64,000 nucleotides of DNA, taken from positions 11,882-75,881 of the forward strand of contig CAKPIA010000006.1 in NCBI GenBank assembly GCA_934162205.1, read 5' to 3'. The stretch comes from an uncultured Clostridia bacterium (GTDB lineage: Bacteria > Bacillota > Clostridia > TANB77 > CAG-508). This document shows, one piece after another, positions 9,334-20,912 of the stretch. The notes under the pieces are model-generated. The model was given only the letters and a program-made list of their open reading frames with translations, did not search any database and was not told the origin of the DNA. Made by a program: the position numbers and the translations under genes. Numbering within the stretch: the first letter of the stretch is position 1; each line of letters starts with the position of its first letter.

Positions 9334-10336
9334 TAAAATAGATTTTGTTGTTTTGTGGGTTGATAGTAATGACCCATTATGGCAAGAAGAAAAAAATAAG
9401 TATCAAGCAAAAAGTGATTCTGATAGTTCTAAATATAGATATAGAGATTGGGATTTATTACAATATTGGTTTAGAGGAGTAGAAAAATTTACTCCATGGG
9501 TTAATAAAGTTCATTTTGTAACTTATGGACATATTCCTAAATGGTTAAATTTAGATAATCCTAAATTAAATGTTGTAAGACACCAAGATTTTATACCAGA
9601 AAAATACTTACCAACTTTTAGTTCTCATTCTATTGAATGTAATATTCATAGAATTAAAGGATTATCTGAAAACTTTGTATATTTCAATGATGATTTTTAT
9701 ATTATTAAAGATACAAAGCCAAAACACTTTTTTAAAAATGGATTACCTTGTGAAACAATTGGATTAAATGTACATTGTCCAAAGAAAAATTTAATTGCAC
9801 AAAAAATATGTTTTAATGATACAAGTATTATAAATGAACATTTTGATTTTAAAAAATCATTTAGAGAGAATATTTTTAAATGGCTTAACTTTAAAAATGG
9901 TAATATAAATTTGAGAACATTAGTTTTGATGAATTGTCCCAGATTTCCAGGATTTTGGCAACAACATATAGCTGAACCATATAGTAAAGAAACATTTAAG
10001 GATGTATGGAATAATGAGTATGAAATTTTAGATGAGACTTGTACTCATAAATTTAGAGAGAGTTCAGATATTAATCAATGGTTGTTTAAAGAATGGCAAA
10101 TAGCAAGCGGAAAAATTGCTATTAGAAGTAAAAAGTTTGGAAAATCATATTTTATAGATAGAGATGGAATAAATAACATAAAAGAGGAGCTTTTAAATGC
10201 AATTCAAAAACAAAAATATAATATGATTGCAATAAATGATGGACCTATGAATGATAATGAATTTGAAAACTTATTAAAAGATTTAAAAGAATCATTTAAT
10301 AAGATATTACCTGAAAAATCAACATTTGAAAAATAA
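9317..10336 (+). CDS. Stealth-family capsular polysaccharide hexose-1-phosphoryltransferase
   Basis: Matches the Stealth conserved regions as I remember them: CR1 VVLWVDSNDPLW, CR2 YRYRDWDLLQYWFRGVEKFTPWVNKVHFVT, CR3 LPTFSSHSIECNIHRIKGLSENFVYFNDDF. Confidence 0.75.
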   Translation: MMEENNKIDFVVLWVDSNDPLWQEEKNKYQAKSDSDSSKYRYRDWDLLQYWFRGVEKFTPWVNKVHFVTYGHIPKWLNLDNPKLNVVRHQDFIPEKYLPTFSSHSIECNIHRIKGLSENFVYFNDDFYIIKDTKPKHFFKNGLPCETIGLNVHCPKKNLIAQKICFNDTSIINEHFDFKKSFRENIFKWLNFKNGNINLRTLVLMNCPRFPGFWQQHIAEPYSKETFKDVWNNEYEILDETCTHKFRESSDINQWLFKEWQIASGKIAIRSKKFGKSYFIDRDGINNIKEELLNAIQKQKYNMIAINDGPMNDNEFENLLKDLKESFNKILPEKSTFEK

Positions 10337-10360
10337 AAAAGAAGGGTAGCAATTATTAAG

Positions 10361-11545
10361 ATGTTTAAAAGTAATAATAAACTAATAAGTTTTATAATAT
10401 ATATTTTTCTGTTAATACCATTCTTTAGGATAACTTATCTTGTTGTTATGTATCCACAAACAGAATTAGTATATAAAATTTGGCAAATAATTTCAATATT
10501 AATAATTTTTGTAATATTAATGAAATATGGAAAATATTCTAAATTTCTTAATTATTTTATTGTGTATTTTATATTATTAATGTTGTCTACAGTTTTAAAT
10601 AATGCAGATGTTCCCGGATGTATTTTTTTGGCAATCAGAACAATTGGTTTATGCATGATTGTTGATTATGGTATAAAAAGAGATGCTAAAGTTTTTTTAA
10701 ATGCTTTTGAGTTTTTTTTATCTGTATTAGTGTATATTAATTTATTTAGTGTTATAATTTTTAAAGATGGTATGTATGTTAACAGTACTGTTGGTTATAC
10801 AGAAAACTGGATATTGGGATATAGAAATTTACATATATTATATATATTGCCAGCAATTTTAGTTAGTTTTATTAATTCGTACTATAAAGAAGGAAAATTA
10901 ACTATTAGAAATTACATTTTATTAATAGCATCATATTTATCAATTTATCTTGTGAAAAGTGGAACTTCTTTAATAGGCATGACAATCATAGTTGGGTTAT
11001 TAATTTTAAATAATATATTTAAAAAAATAAAACTTTTAAATATTAAAAACTATTTTTTAGCATATATAATATTATTTTTGGCAATTGTAATATTCAGGAT
11101 TCAAAATTTATTTGAATATATTATTGTTGATATTTTAAATAGAGATTTAACTTTAACAGGAAGAATATATATTTGGGATTATGTTATAGAGTTTATTAAA
11201 GAAAGACCAATATTAGGTTATGGTGTAGAGGATAGTATATTAAGATTAAATAAAACTAGTTTTATGGTTAGCACACATGCACATGATCAGATTCTAGAGA
11301 TAATATATAAATCGGGTATTGTTGGATCTAGCATTTATTTTATAATTCTAATAAAATCTATAATTGAACTTTATAAATACAAAGAAAGTAAAATAGCACA
11401 AATTCTATCAATAGTTATGTTTGCTTATTTGTTTATGATGTTAACAGAGTTCTTTTCTTTAGATTTAATTATGTTTTTATTTGTATTTTGTTTAGATATT
11501 AAATTTTTTGCAAAAGAAGGAGAAAATAATGAAACAATTAATTAG
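10361..11545 (+). CDS. wzy: O-antigen/capsule repeat-unit polymerase (Wzy-like polytopic membrane protein)
   Basis: About 10 predicted TM helices with a large loop near the C-terminus. Located between GT genes in the operon. No sequence signature beyond topology. Confidence 0.55.
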   Translation: MFKSNNKLISFIIYIFLLIPFFRITYLVVMYPQTELVYKIWQIISILIIFVILMKYGKYSKFLNYFIVYFILLMLSTVLNNADVPGCIFLAIRTIGLCMIVDYGIKRDAKVFLNAFEFFLSVLVYINLFSVIIFKDGMYVNSTVGYTENWILGYRNLHILYILPAILVSFINSYYKEGKLTIRNYILLIASYLSIYLVKSGTSLIGMTIIVGLLILNNIFKKIKLLNIKNYFLAYIILFLAIVIFRIQNLFEYIIVDILNRDLTLTGRIYIWDYVIEFIKERPILGYGVEDSILRLNKTSFMVSTHAHDQILEIIYKSGIVGSSIYFIILIKSIIELYKYKESKIAQILSIVMFAYLFMMLTEFFSLDLIMFLFVFCLDIKFFAKEGENNETIN

Positions 11546-12545
11546 TGTTATTGTTCCTGTATATAATTCAGAAAAGTATTTAAAGGAGTGTATTAATTCA
11601 ATATTATATCAAACATATGAAAATATAGAAATTATTATTATAAATGACGGATCAACAGATAACTCTTTATTAATAAGTCAAGAATTACAAAAAGAAGATA
11701 AACGAATTAAAATTATAAACCAAAAAAATAGTGGCGTTTCATATTCAAGAAATAAAGGTATACAAGAAGCAACAGGTGAATACATTATGTTCGTTGATAG
11801 TGATGACTTTATTGTACAAAATTATATTGAATTAATGTATAAAGAAATTACAAAAAATAATTATGATGTATGTATTTCTGGTATGACTTTTTGTGATAAA
11901 AACAGAAAGATAATAAAAAAAGAAATGTTTGTAAAAAATAATATAGAACTAAATTTTAAAGAGATTATTCCAAGTTTTGTAAACACTTTATATTTTTGTT
12001 CGTCTTGTAAAACTTTAATAAATAGAAAAAAGATTATAGAAAATTGTATAAAGTTTAAAGAAGATTTAAGTTTTGGAGAAGATTTAAGATTTTCATTTGA
12101 TGTAATTAGAAGTTGTAAAAGAATTGGATATCTAAGTGAATGTGGATATTTTTATAGACAAAATGGTGAAAGCATTACACATGAAAATGATATAGAAACT
12201 ATAAAAAAATATTTAAGAGATTCTTTAGAAGTTTATATGTACATAGAAAATTTTATAAATGAACCTATATTAATATCTAATAGGTTGTTTACAAAATTAA
12301 ATTATGCATTAAGAAAATTAACGATATTATCCAAAATAAATTATCAAAAATTTAAAGAATATTATAATTTGATTTTAGAAGAATTTGAAAAAAATGTAGA
12401 TTTTAGCAATATTAATTTAAAAAATATAGATTATGAAACAAATATAAATTCTCTTTTACTATATATGCTTAAAAATAAACAAATTCATTTATATTATTCT
12501 TTAAATGTACTATTAAATAAAATGAAAAGTATATTAAGAAAGTAG
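11529..12545 (+). CDS. family 2 glycosyltransferase
   Basis: ISVIVPVYNSEKYLKECINSILYQTYENIEIIIINDGSTDNS, classic GT2 N-terminus with DxD (FVDSDD). Start placed at the ATG 6 nt after AAGGAG. Confidence 0.85.
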   Translation: MKQLISVIVPVYNSEKYLKECINSILYQTYENIEIIIINDGSTDNSLLISQELQKEDKRIKIINQKNSGVSYSRNKGIQEATGEYIMFVDSDDFIVQNYIELMYKEITKNNYDVCISGMTFCDKNRKIIKKEMFVKNNIELNFKEIIPSFVNTLYFCSSCKTLINRKKIIENCIKFKEDLSFGEDLRFSFDVIRSCKRIGYLSECGYFYRQNGESITHENDIETIKKYLRDSLEVYMYIENFINEPILISNRLFTKLNYALRKLTILSKINYQKFKEYYNLILEEFEKNVDFSNINLKNIDYETNINSLLLYMLKNKQIHLYYSLNVLLNKMKSILRK

Positions 12546-12552
12546 AATTAAA

Positions 12553-14082
12553 ATGAGAAAAGAAAATTCAATAAAAAATATAGTAGCATCAGTAACATCG
12601 AATATTATTACAATTGGAATTGGAATTATAGCTCAAGCGATATTTATAAAAATATTAGGAAATGAACTTCTAGGAATAAATAGTTTATTTAATAATATTA
12701 TATCAATGTTATCAATAGTAGAACTAGGAATGGGAACAGCTATAATTTATAATTTATACAAACCTATAGCTGAAAACGAAACAGAAAAAGTTAAATCACT
12801 AATGAACTTTTATAAAAAAAGTTATAGAGTGATTGCTTTAATTGTGTGTTTTATTGGGGGATTAATAATTCCTTTTTTAAAATATATAATTGATATAAAT
12901 ACTATTAATGCGAACATAAACATATATATTATATATTTACTATTTTTAAGTGATTCTGTATTTTCTTATTTTTTATCTTATAAAAGAAGTATATTGTATG
13001 CAAATCAAAAAAATTATATAGTAAATATTATTCATATAATTTGTATTACTATATTAAATATTATTCAGATTATAATATTGTTTTTTACTAAAAATTTTTA
13101 TTTGTATTTAATGATAAAAGTTATAATGAAAATTATTGAAAATATGATTATAACTTTTGTAGCAAATAAACTATATTCTTTTTTAAATGAAAAAGATTAT
13201 GCAAAATTAGACAAGAGTGTGGAAAAAGATATTTTTACGAAAATTAAAGCATTATTTTTCCATAAAATAGGAACTTTTGTAATTCTTGGAACAGATAATA
13301 TTATAATTTCTAAGTTTCTAGGTATTGTAGTTGTGGGTATGTATTCGAATTATTATTTAATAATAAATTCTGTACAAACTGTCTTTAATCAAATTATTCA
13401 GGCATTAACTCCAAGTTTAGGAAATCTGTTAGTAACAGAATCAAAAGAAAAACAGTTTATTACGTATAAAAGAATTAGATTTATAAATTTTTGGATTACT
13501 GCGTTTTCTTCAATCGCAATATTAATTATAATGGAAAGCTTTATAAAAATATGGATTGGAAATAATTATATATTGCCTAGAACGGTATTATATATTCTTG
13601 TACTTAATTATTATTTAAATAGTTCAAGAGCAACCTATATAGCTTTTAAAGATGCTGCAGGTATATATTATGAGGATAGATTTATTCCACTATTTGAATC
13701 TTTAATTAATATTATAGTTTCTATATTGCTTGTGAAAAAATTAGGTCTTGTTGGAGTTTTTTTAGGAACTATTGTAAGTGGCTTAGTTTTATGGTGTTAT
13801 AGTTATCCGAAATATGTATATAAATTAATATTAAAAAGAAATTATTTTGATTATGCAAAGGAAAATATAGGATATTTAGTACTATTTATAATTACTGCAT
13901 TTATAACGGTTATGATTTCAAATAGTATACATGTACAATCAATAGCTTTTCAATTTTTTTATAATGTAATAATTGCATTGATTGTACCTAATTTAATTAT
14001 GTTATTATTCTTTATAAAAGATGAAAAACTAGTATATTTTTTTGATTTATTTAAAGAAATAAAAAATAAAATACAACATTAA
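12553..14082 (+). CDS. wzx: polysaccharide flippase (Wzx, MOP superfamily)
   Basis: 509 aa, 12-14 predicted TM helices, typical Wzx length and position. Confidence 0.7.
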   Translation: MRKENSIKNIVASVTSNIITIGIGIIAQAIFIKILGNELLGINSLFNNIISMLSIVELGMGTAIIYNLYKPIAENETEKVKSLMNFYKKSYRVIALIVCFIGGLIIPFLKYIIDINTINANINIYIIYLLFLSDSVFSYFLSYKRSILYANQKNYIVNIIHIICITILNIIQIIILFFTKNFYLYLMIKVIMKIIENMIITFVANKLYSFLNEKDYAKLDKSVEKDIFTKIKALFFHKIGTFVILGTDNIIISKFLGIVVVGMYSNYYLIINSVQTVFNQIIQALTPSLGNLLVTESKEKQFITYKRIRFINFWITAFSSIAILIIMESFIKIWIGNNYILPRTVLYILVLNYYLNSSRATYIAFKDAAGIYYEDRFIPLFESLINIIVSILLVKKLGLVGVFLGTIVSGLVLWCYSYPKYVYKLILKRNYFDYAKENIGYLVLFIITAFITVMISNSIHVQSIAFQFFYNVIIALIVPNLIMLLFFIKDEKLVYFFDLFKEIKNKIQH

Positions 14083-14168
14083 ATAAATAATTAATCATTG
14101 ACAATCTAAAATATTAATAGTAAATTAGTATTGTAGACAAAAGAAAATAAAAAAGGAGAAAAATATAA

Positions 14169-14858
14169 ATGGAGGAATTAGATTTTAAAGAGTTATTTAG
14201 TATATTTTGGAGTAAAAAAGTACAAATAATCTTAATTATTCTAATATTTGCTGTTTTAGGAGCAATTTATACTATGACACTTGTAAAACCTAAATACACA
14301 TCTTCTACAACTCTAGTATTAGTACAAGCTGAAAGTAATAAAGGAAACACTGTTACAACAGAATCAATAACAACAACAGATATAACATTAAATTCAAAGT
14401 TGGTATCTACATACAGTGAATTAATAAAAAGTAAAAATGTACTAAGACAAGTTATGTCTAATTTGAATTTAGATTTAAATGAAGAAGAAATAAAGAAAAA
14501 TATAAAGGTAAAATCAGTTTCTGATACTGCCTTAATAGAAATATCTGTTACTGATGAAAACCCTAAATATGCAGAAAAACTTACAAACGAAATTGCTAAT
14601 GTTTTTGTGCAAAAGGTTTCAGAAATTTATAATATTAATAACGTATATATAGTAGATAAGGCAGAATTTCCAACAGAGCCATCTAACATAAATCATTTAA
14701 AAGATATAATAATTTTTGCTTTTGCTGGAATATTCTTTGCTTTTGTATCTGTATTTATAATAAATTTATTAGATACTACTGTTAAAAATTCAGAAGATAT
14801 AGAAAAAAAATTAGGTATATCAGTTTTGGCGTCAATACCAAAGTATGATTCTAAATAA
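14169..14858 (+). CDS. capsular polysaccharide chain-length regulator / tyrosine-kinase modulator (CpsC/Wzz, PCP2b family)
   Basis: TM near the N-terminus, periplasmic-type domain, second TM at the C-terminus. Sits immediately upstream of the BY-kinase, the usual Firmicutes arrangement. Confidence 0.75.
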   Translation: MEELDFKELFSIFWSKKVQIILIILIFAVLGAIYTMTLVKPKYTSSTTLVLVQAESNKGNTVTTESITTTDITLNSKLVSTYSELIKSKNVLRQVMSNLNLDLNEEEIKKNIKVKSVSDTALIEISVTDENPKYAEKLTNEIANVFVQKVSEIYNINNVYIVDKAEFPTEPSNINHLKDIIIFAFAGIFFAFVSVFIINLLDTTVKNSEDIEKKLGISVLASIPKYDSK

Positions 14859-14871
14859 AGGAGATTTATAA

Positions 14872-16014
14872 ATGAGAAAAGAATTAATTACACATGAAGA
14901 CCCAAAATCACCTGTATCTGAAATGTTTAGAACATTAAGAACTAATATACAATTTATGAATACAGATGAAAGAATAGAAACAATATTAATAACAAGTACA
15001 TTACCAGGTGAAGGAAAAAGTTGGGTTTCATCAAATTTGGCAGTTACATTTGCACAAACAGGAAAAAAAGTAATTATTATAGATGCTGACATGAGAAAAG
15101 GAAGACAATATAATATATTTAAAGTTTCTCCAAGACCAGGATTGTCTAATTATTTGTCAGGTGTTGTAAATGGTGAAAAATTAAATGTTACTAAAGATTT
15201 AGAAATGTTTATTAAGAAAACTGATGTAGAAAACTTGTATGTTATGCCAGCTGGAAATGTTCCTCCAAATCCATCTGAATTATTAGTTTCAAAAAAAATG
15301 GAAAAATTATTAAAAGAATTAAAAGAGATGTTTGATGTTATAATATTTGATGGTACACCAAGCCTTTTAGTTGCAGATGCAATAATTTTATCCAGAATAG
15401 TAGATACAACTATAATTGTTACAGCATATAAAGAAACAAAGATGGATAATTTGGATAAAGTTAAAAAAACAATAGAAAATGTTGGAGGAAATATAGCAGG
15501 AGTTATATTAAATAAAATTCCAATATCAAACAAAAAATATGAAGATACATATTATTATGGTAATAGTTCTTCAAAATCTTTTGATATAAAGAATATAGAA
15601 AAACATCAAGAAAGACCTCATAAAACAAAGCAGAACAATATTAATAGTAATAAAATTGTAACAGATAAATTATTAGACAAAAAAGTTAATAAAAAAATAG
15701 AAAAAGATAATGAAGATATTGAAACTCAAGTTCAAACAGAAGAAATTAAAACAATTGAATATGAACCTATAAAAGAAATAAAAAAGACTAAAAAAGTAGA
15801 AAAAACAATAGAAAATACGGTTGAAAACTCAGTTAAAAATATTGAAGAACCTAAACCAATTAGTGCACCAAGAAAAAGAAATTCAATATTAAATGATATA
15901 GATAATGAAGATGAGGTTGGAATAAGAGTTACAGATGAAGAATTAGAATTAAAAGCTAAAAATAGATCAAGAGATATATTACAACAAATAAATAGATATA
16001 TGAAAGAAAAATAG
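14872..16014 (+). CDS. BY-family protein-tyrosine kinase (CpsD/CapB-like) with a ~150-aa K/E-rich C-terminal extension
   Basis: Walker A TSTLPGEGKSWVSSNLA. Walker B IIIDADMRKG. C-terminal Tyr cluster YEDTYYYG at about aa 222-229, followed by an unusual low-complexity extension. Confidence 0.85.
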   Translation: MRKELITHEDPKSPVSEMFRTLRTNIQFMNTDERIETILITSTLPGEGKSWVSSNLAVTFAQTGKKVIIIDADMRKGRQYNIFKVSPRPGLSNYLSGVVNGEKLNVTKDLEMFIKKTDVENLYVMPAGNVPPNPSELLVSKKMEKLLKELKEMFDVIIFDGTPSLLVADAIILSRIVDTTIIVTAYKETKMDNLDKVKKTIENVGGNIAGVILNKIPISNKKYEDTYYYGNSSSKSFDIKNIEKHQERPHKTKQNNINSNKIVTDKLLDKKVNKKIEKDNEDIETQVQTEEIKTIEYEPIKEIKKTKKVEKTIENTVENSVKNIEEPKPISAPRKRNSILNDIDNEDEVGIRVTDEELELKAKNRSRDILQQINRYMKEK

Positions 16015-16022
16015 GTGATTTA

Positions 16023-16784
16023 ATGATAGACATGCATTCACATATATTACCTAATATAGATGACGGCTCAAAGAATATTGAACAGTCTTTGCAATTACTT
16101 AAAGAAGCGTCTGATGCAGGATTTACAGATATTGTATCAACTAGTCATTATTTAGAAGGTTATTATGAAGAAGATGTAGAAAAAAGAAAAGAATTATTAA
16201 ATGTTTTAATTGATAGTTCAAATACAAATTTAAAATTACATTTAGGAAGTGAAATTTATATATCTGAAAAAATTATAGAATTAATAAGAGAAAATAAAGC
16301 TTCAACAATTAATAATTCAAGATATGTATTATTTGAACTTCCAATGAATAATAATGTGTTATATTTAAAAGATATTATTTTTACATTAATTGAAAATGAT
16401 TTTATTCCAATAATAGCACATCCAGAAAGGTATTCATTTGTACAAAAAAATCCTAGTATGTTAGTAGAACTAATTCAAATGGGAGTGCTTTTTCAATCAA
16501 ATTATGGTAGTATAGTAGGATATTATGGCAAAGATGCTGAAAAAACTGTAAAAATTTTATTGAAAAATAATTTAGTACATTTTTTAGGATCAGATGTACA
16601 TAGGCCAAATACAATTTATAAAATGATGCCTAATATATTAAAAAAATTAGAAAAATTAATAGGAAAAGAAAAGTTATACGAAATAAGTACTTATAATCCT
16701 AGTATGGTATTACAAGATTATAATATAGATGTTAATTACCCTCAAAATATTAAATTAAGTTTTTGGGATAAGATTATGAAATAA
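16023..16784 (+). CDS. PHP-family protein-tyrosine phosphatase (CpsB/YwqE-like)
   Basis: MIDMHSHILPNIDDG metal-binding start typical of the CpsB PHP phosphatases. 253 aa. Confidence 0.85.
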   Translation: MIDMHSHILPNIDDGSKNIEQSLQLLKEASDAGFTDIVSTSHYLEGYYEEDVEKRKELLNVLIDSSNTNLKLHLGSEIYISEKIIELIRENKASTINNSRYVLFELPMNNNVLYLKDIIFTLIENDFIPIIAHPERYSFVQKNPSMLVELIQMGVLFQSNYGSIVGYYGKDAEKTVKILLKNNLVHFLGSDVHRPNTIYKMMPNILKKLEKLIGKEKLYEISTYNPSMVLQDYNIDVNYPQNIKLSFWDKIMK

Positions 16785-16812
16785 TGGCTTTTACAAGAAA
16801 GGAAGATTTAAA

Positions 16813-18177
16813 ATGAGAAAATACTTTGGAACAGATGGTATAAGAAGAATTGCTAATACTGAACTTTCACCAGAATTAGTATATAAAGTAGCAAAGGCAG
16901 GTGCATATGTTTTATCTAAACATACAGATCATTCACCTACAATTTTAATAGGAAGAGATACAAGAATATCTGGAACACTAATAGAAAGTGCAATGGTTGC
17001 AGGATTTTTAAGTTATGGGGCAAATGTAAAATTACTTGGAGTTATACCTACACCAGCGGTAGCATATTTAACAAGAAAATTAAATGCAGATGCAAGTGTT
17101 GTTATTTCTGCATCACATAATACATATGAATTTAATGGTATAAAATATTTTAGTAATAAAGGTATGAAAATATCAGATGAGTTAGAAGAAGAAATAGAAG
17201 AAATAATGGAATCTGGAAAATTAGACGAGTTAACAGCTGTAAATGAAAAAATTGGAGTGTCTGAAGTTAGAACAGATTTATTAGATGAATATGTATATTT
17301 CTTTAGAAAAAATTTTGATGATGATATAGAAAAATATAATAATGATGATTTTGTTGTAGGTATTGATACTGCAAATGGTGCTACATACGAAGTTGCAGAA
17401 AAAGTATTCAAATGTCTTGGAATAAAATATAAAATAATAAATAATAATCCAGATGGAATAAATATTAATAAAGCTTGTGGATCAACACATTTAGAAAGTC
17501 TAAAACAATATGTTAAAGATAATAAGCTAAGTTTGGGAATTGCATATGATGGTGATGGAGATAGATGCCTAGCTGTTGATGAATTAGGAAATGAAATAGA
17601 TGGAGATAAAATATTAGCAATTATTTCAAATACTTTAAAAAAAGAGGGAAAATTAAATAAGAATATAATAGTAGCTACAGTTATGAGTAATCTTGGATTA
17701 AATAAATATTGTAATGAAAATAATATGAACTTAATTCAAACAAAAGTTGGAGATAGATATGTTTTAGAAGAAATGTTAAAAAATGGATACAATTTAGGTG
17801 GAGAACAATCTGGACACGTAATACTATTAGACTATAATCCAACAGGTGATGGCATATTAACATCTTTAATGATAATAAGTGCTATATTAAAAACAGGTAA
17901 AAAAGCCTCTGAATTAGGAAATTTAGTTAAACAATATCCACAAGTTTTGGTAAATGCAAAAGTAGATTCAAATAAAAAATATGATTATGATAAAGACATA
18001 GAAATAAAAACAGCTATAGAAAATTTAGAAAAAGAATTTGCTGGAAATGGAAGAGTATTAATAAGACCTTCTGGAACTGAACCATTAGTAAGAGTTATGA
18101 TTGAGGGAGAAGATCAAAAATATTTAGAGAAAAAAGCGAATGAAATTGCAAAATTAATTGAAGAAAAATTAAAATAA
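16813..18177 (+). CDS. glmM: phosphoglucosamine mutase
   Basis: Active-site serine loop ISASHNTYEFNGIKYF. Starts MRKYFGTDGIRR. 454 aa. Confidence 0.9.
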   Translation: MRKYFGTDGIRRIANTELSPELVYKVAKAGAYVLSKHTDHSPTILIGRDTRISGTLIESAMVAGFLSYGANVKLLGVIPTPAVAYLTRKLNADASVVISASHNTYEFNGIKYFSNKGMKISDELEEEIEEIMESGKLDELTAVNEKIGVSEVRTDLLDEYVYFFRKNFDDDIEKYNNDDFVVGIDTANGATYEVAEKVFKCLGIKYKIINNNPDGININKACGSTHLESLKQYVKDNKLSLGIAYDGDGDRCLAVDELGNEIDGDKILAIISNTLKKEGKLNKNIIVATVMSNLGLNKYCNENNMNLIQTKVGDRYVLEEMLKNGYNLGGEQSGHVILLDYNPTGDGILTSLMIISAILKTGKKASELGNLVKQYPQVLVNAKVDSNKKYDYDKDIEIKTAIENLEKEFAGNGRVLIRPSGTEPLVRVMIEGEDQKYLEKKANEIAKLIEEKLK

Positions 18178-18243
18178 TTATTGATTATTTTGTAAATAAG
18201 TGTAATAATATATGTATTAAAACAAAAGAAAAGGAGAATGAAA

Positions 18244-18582
18244 ATGGTTTTTTTAGATTTAACTAATCCAATAACACTAGTATTAATGTTACTAGGAACA
18301 ATATTATTAATTTTTTTAGCACAAGAAATGAAAAAAAGTTATATAGCTTTTGTGCCTTTAGTTACATTTTTACTTTTATTAATTACTCATGTAACACAAT
18401 TAATGACAATAAAAGATGAGTTTAGATATTTAATATCAGCTATTTCAACAAGTGTTGCAATAGATTTTGTATTTATATTAATATCATTTTTTGCATATTT
18501 ATGGGTTGATGATATTGAAGCTAAAGCAACAAATAAAAAGAGTATTGATAATAGTTTGGATTGGTTTTGGAAAAAAATTTAA
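18244..18582 (+). CDS. hypothetical small membrane protein
   Basis: Three hydrophobic segments. Start placed at the ATG 7 nt after AAGGAG. Confidence 0.45.
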   Translation: MVFLDLTNPITLVLMLLGTILLIFLAQEMKKSYIAFVPLVTFLLLLITHVTQLMTIKDEFRYLISAISTSVAIDFVFILISFFAYLWVDDIEAKATNKKSIDNSLDWFWKKI

Positions 18583-18718
18583 TTTAGATTTATAAACATT
18601 AAAATGATTTTGAAAATTTTTTCAAAATCATTTTATATTGTCTACAAGTATTTCTTGACTACTTTGACAAACAAGTGTATTATATATATGTATATTTTAA
18701 AAATAGAAGGAGAAAAAA

Positions 18719-19744
18719 TTGAAAGTATCAGAATTTAATTATGAGTTACCAGAAGAATTAATAGCTCAAACACCTTTGGAAAAAAGAGATGAGTCAAGAT
18801 TGATGGTACTTGATAGAAAAAAACAAACAATTGAACATAAGATATTTAAAGATATAATAGATTATTTAGAACCAGGAGATGTTCTAGTAAGAAATAATAC
18901 AAAAGTTATTCCAGCTAGATTATATGGAAAAAAAGAAACTGGTGCAAATATAGAGTTTGTTTTGTTAAATAGAATTGAAGGAGATATTTGGGAAACTATC
19001 GTAAGACCAGGAAATAAACTTCATGAGGGAGCAAAAGTTATATTTGGAGATGGTTTATTACATGCAGAAATTTTAGAAACAATGCCTGGAGGAACAAGAA
19101 AAGTAAAATTTACTTACAAAGGTATATTTAATGAAATTCTTGATCAAATTGGTCTTATGCCATTACCACCATATATTCATGAAGAATTAAAACAAAAAGA
19201 TAGATATCAAACTGTATATGCTAAATATGAAGGTTCAGCTGCTGCTCCAACAGCAGGATTGCATTTTACACCTGAATTGTTAGAAAAAATAAAAGAAAAA
19301 GGTGTAGAAATTGCAAATGTAACTTTACATGTAGGAATAGGAACTTTTAGACCGGTAAAGGTTGAAAATATTGAAGAACATAATATGCATTCTGAACATT
19401 TTTATATAAAAGAAGAAGATGTACAAAAAATAAATAATGCAAAGAAAAATGGAAAAAGAGTAATAGCAGTCGGAACTACATCTTGTAGAGTTTTGGAATC
19501 AATAGCAGATGAAGAAACTGGATTTGTAAAACCAATAGAAAATGATACAAAAATATTTATTTATCCAGGATATAAATTTAAATGTATAGATGGTCTTATA
19601 ACTAATTTTCATTTGCCAGAATCAACATTACTAATGCTTGTATCTGCATTAGCTGGTAGAGAATATATAATGAAAGCATACAATGAAGCTGTAAAAGATA
19701 GATATAGATTTTTTAGTTTTGGAGATGCAATGTTTATAATATAG
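18719..19744 (+). CDS. queA: S-adenosylmethionine:tRNA ribosyltransferase-isomerase
   Basis: N-terminus (L)[18 protein letters not shown], the standard QueA start. 341 aa. TTG start 6 nt after AAGGAG. Confidence 0.9.
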   Translation: MKVSEFNYELPEELIAQTPLEKRDESRLMVLDRKKQTIEHKIFKDIIDYLEPGDVLVRNNTKVIPARLYGKKETGANIEFVLLNRIEGDIWETIVRPGNKLHEGAKVIFGDGLLHAEILETMPGGTRKVKFTYKGIFNEILDQIGLMPLPPYIHEELKQKDRYQTVYAKYEGSAAAPTAGLHFTPELLEKIKEKGVEIANVTLHVGIGTFRPVKVENIEEHNMHSEHFYIKEEDVQKINNAKKNGKRVIAVGTTSCRVLESIADEETGFVKPIENDTKIFIYPGYKFKCIDGLITNFHLPESTLLMLVSALAGREYIMKAYNEAVKDRYRFFSFGDAMFII

Positions 19745-19765
19745 ATACTAATTAGTACTTTATAA

Positions 19766-20902
<1,137 letters not shown>

Positions 20903-20912
20903 GAGGAATTTT

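Noticed and set aside
18601-18650. 16-bp perfect palindrome AAAATGATTTTGAAAA/TTTTCAAAATCATTTT after the small membrane gene
   Set aside because: It is almost entirely A/T, so a weak hairpin. It could still help terminate the polysaccharide operon, but such palindromes arise easily in sequence this AT-rich, so I did not report it as a confident feature.
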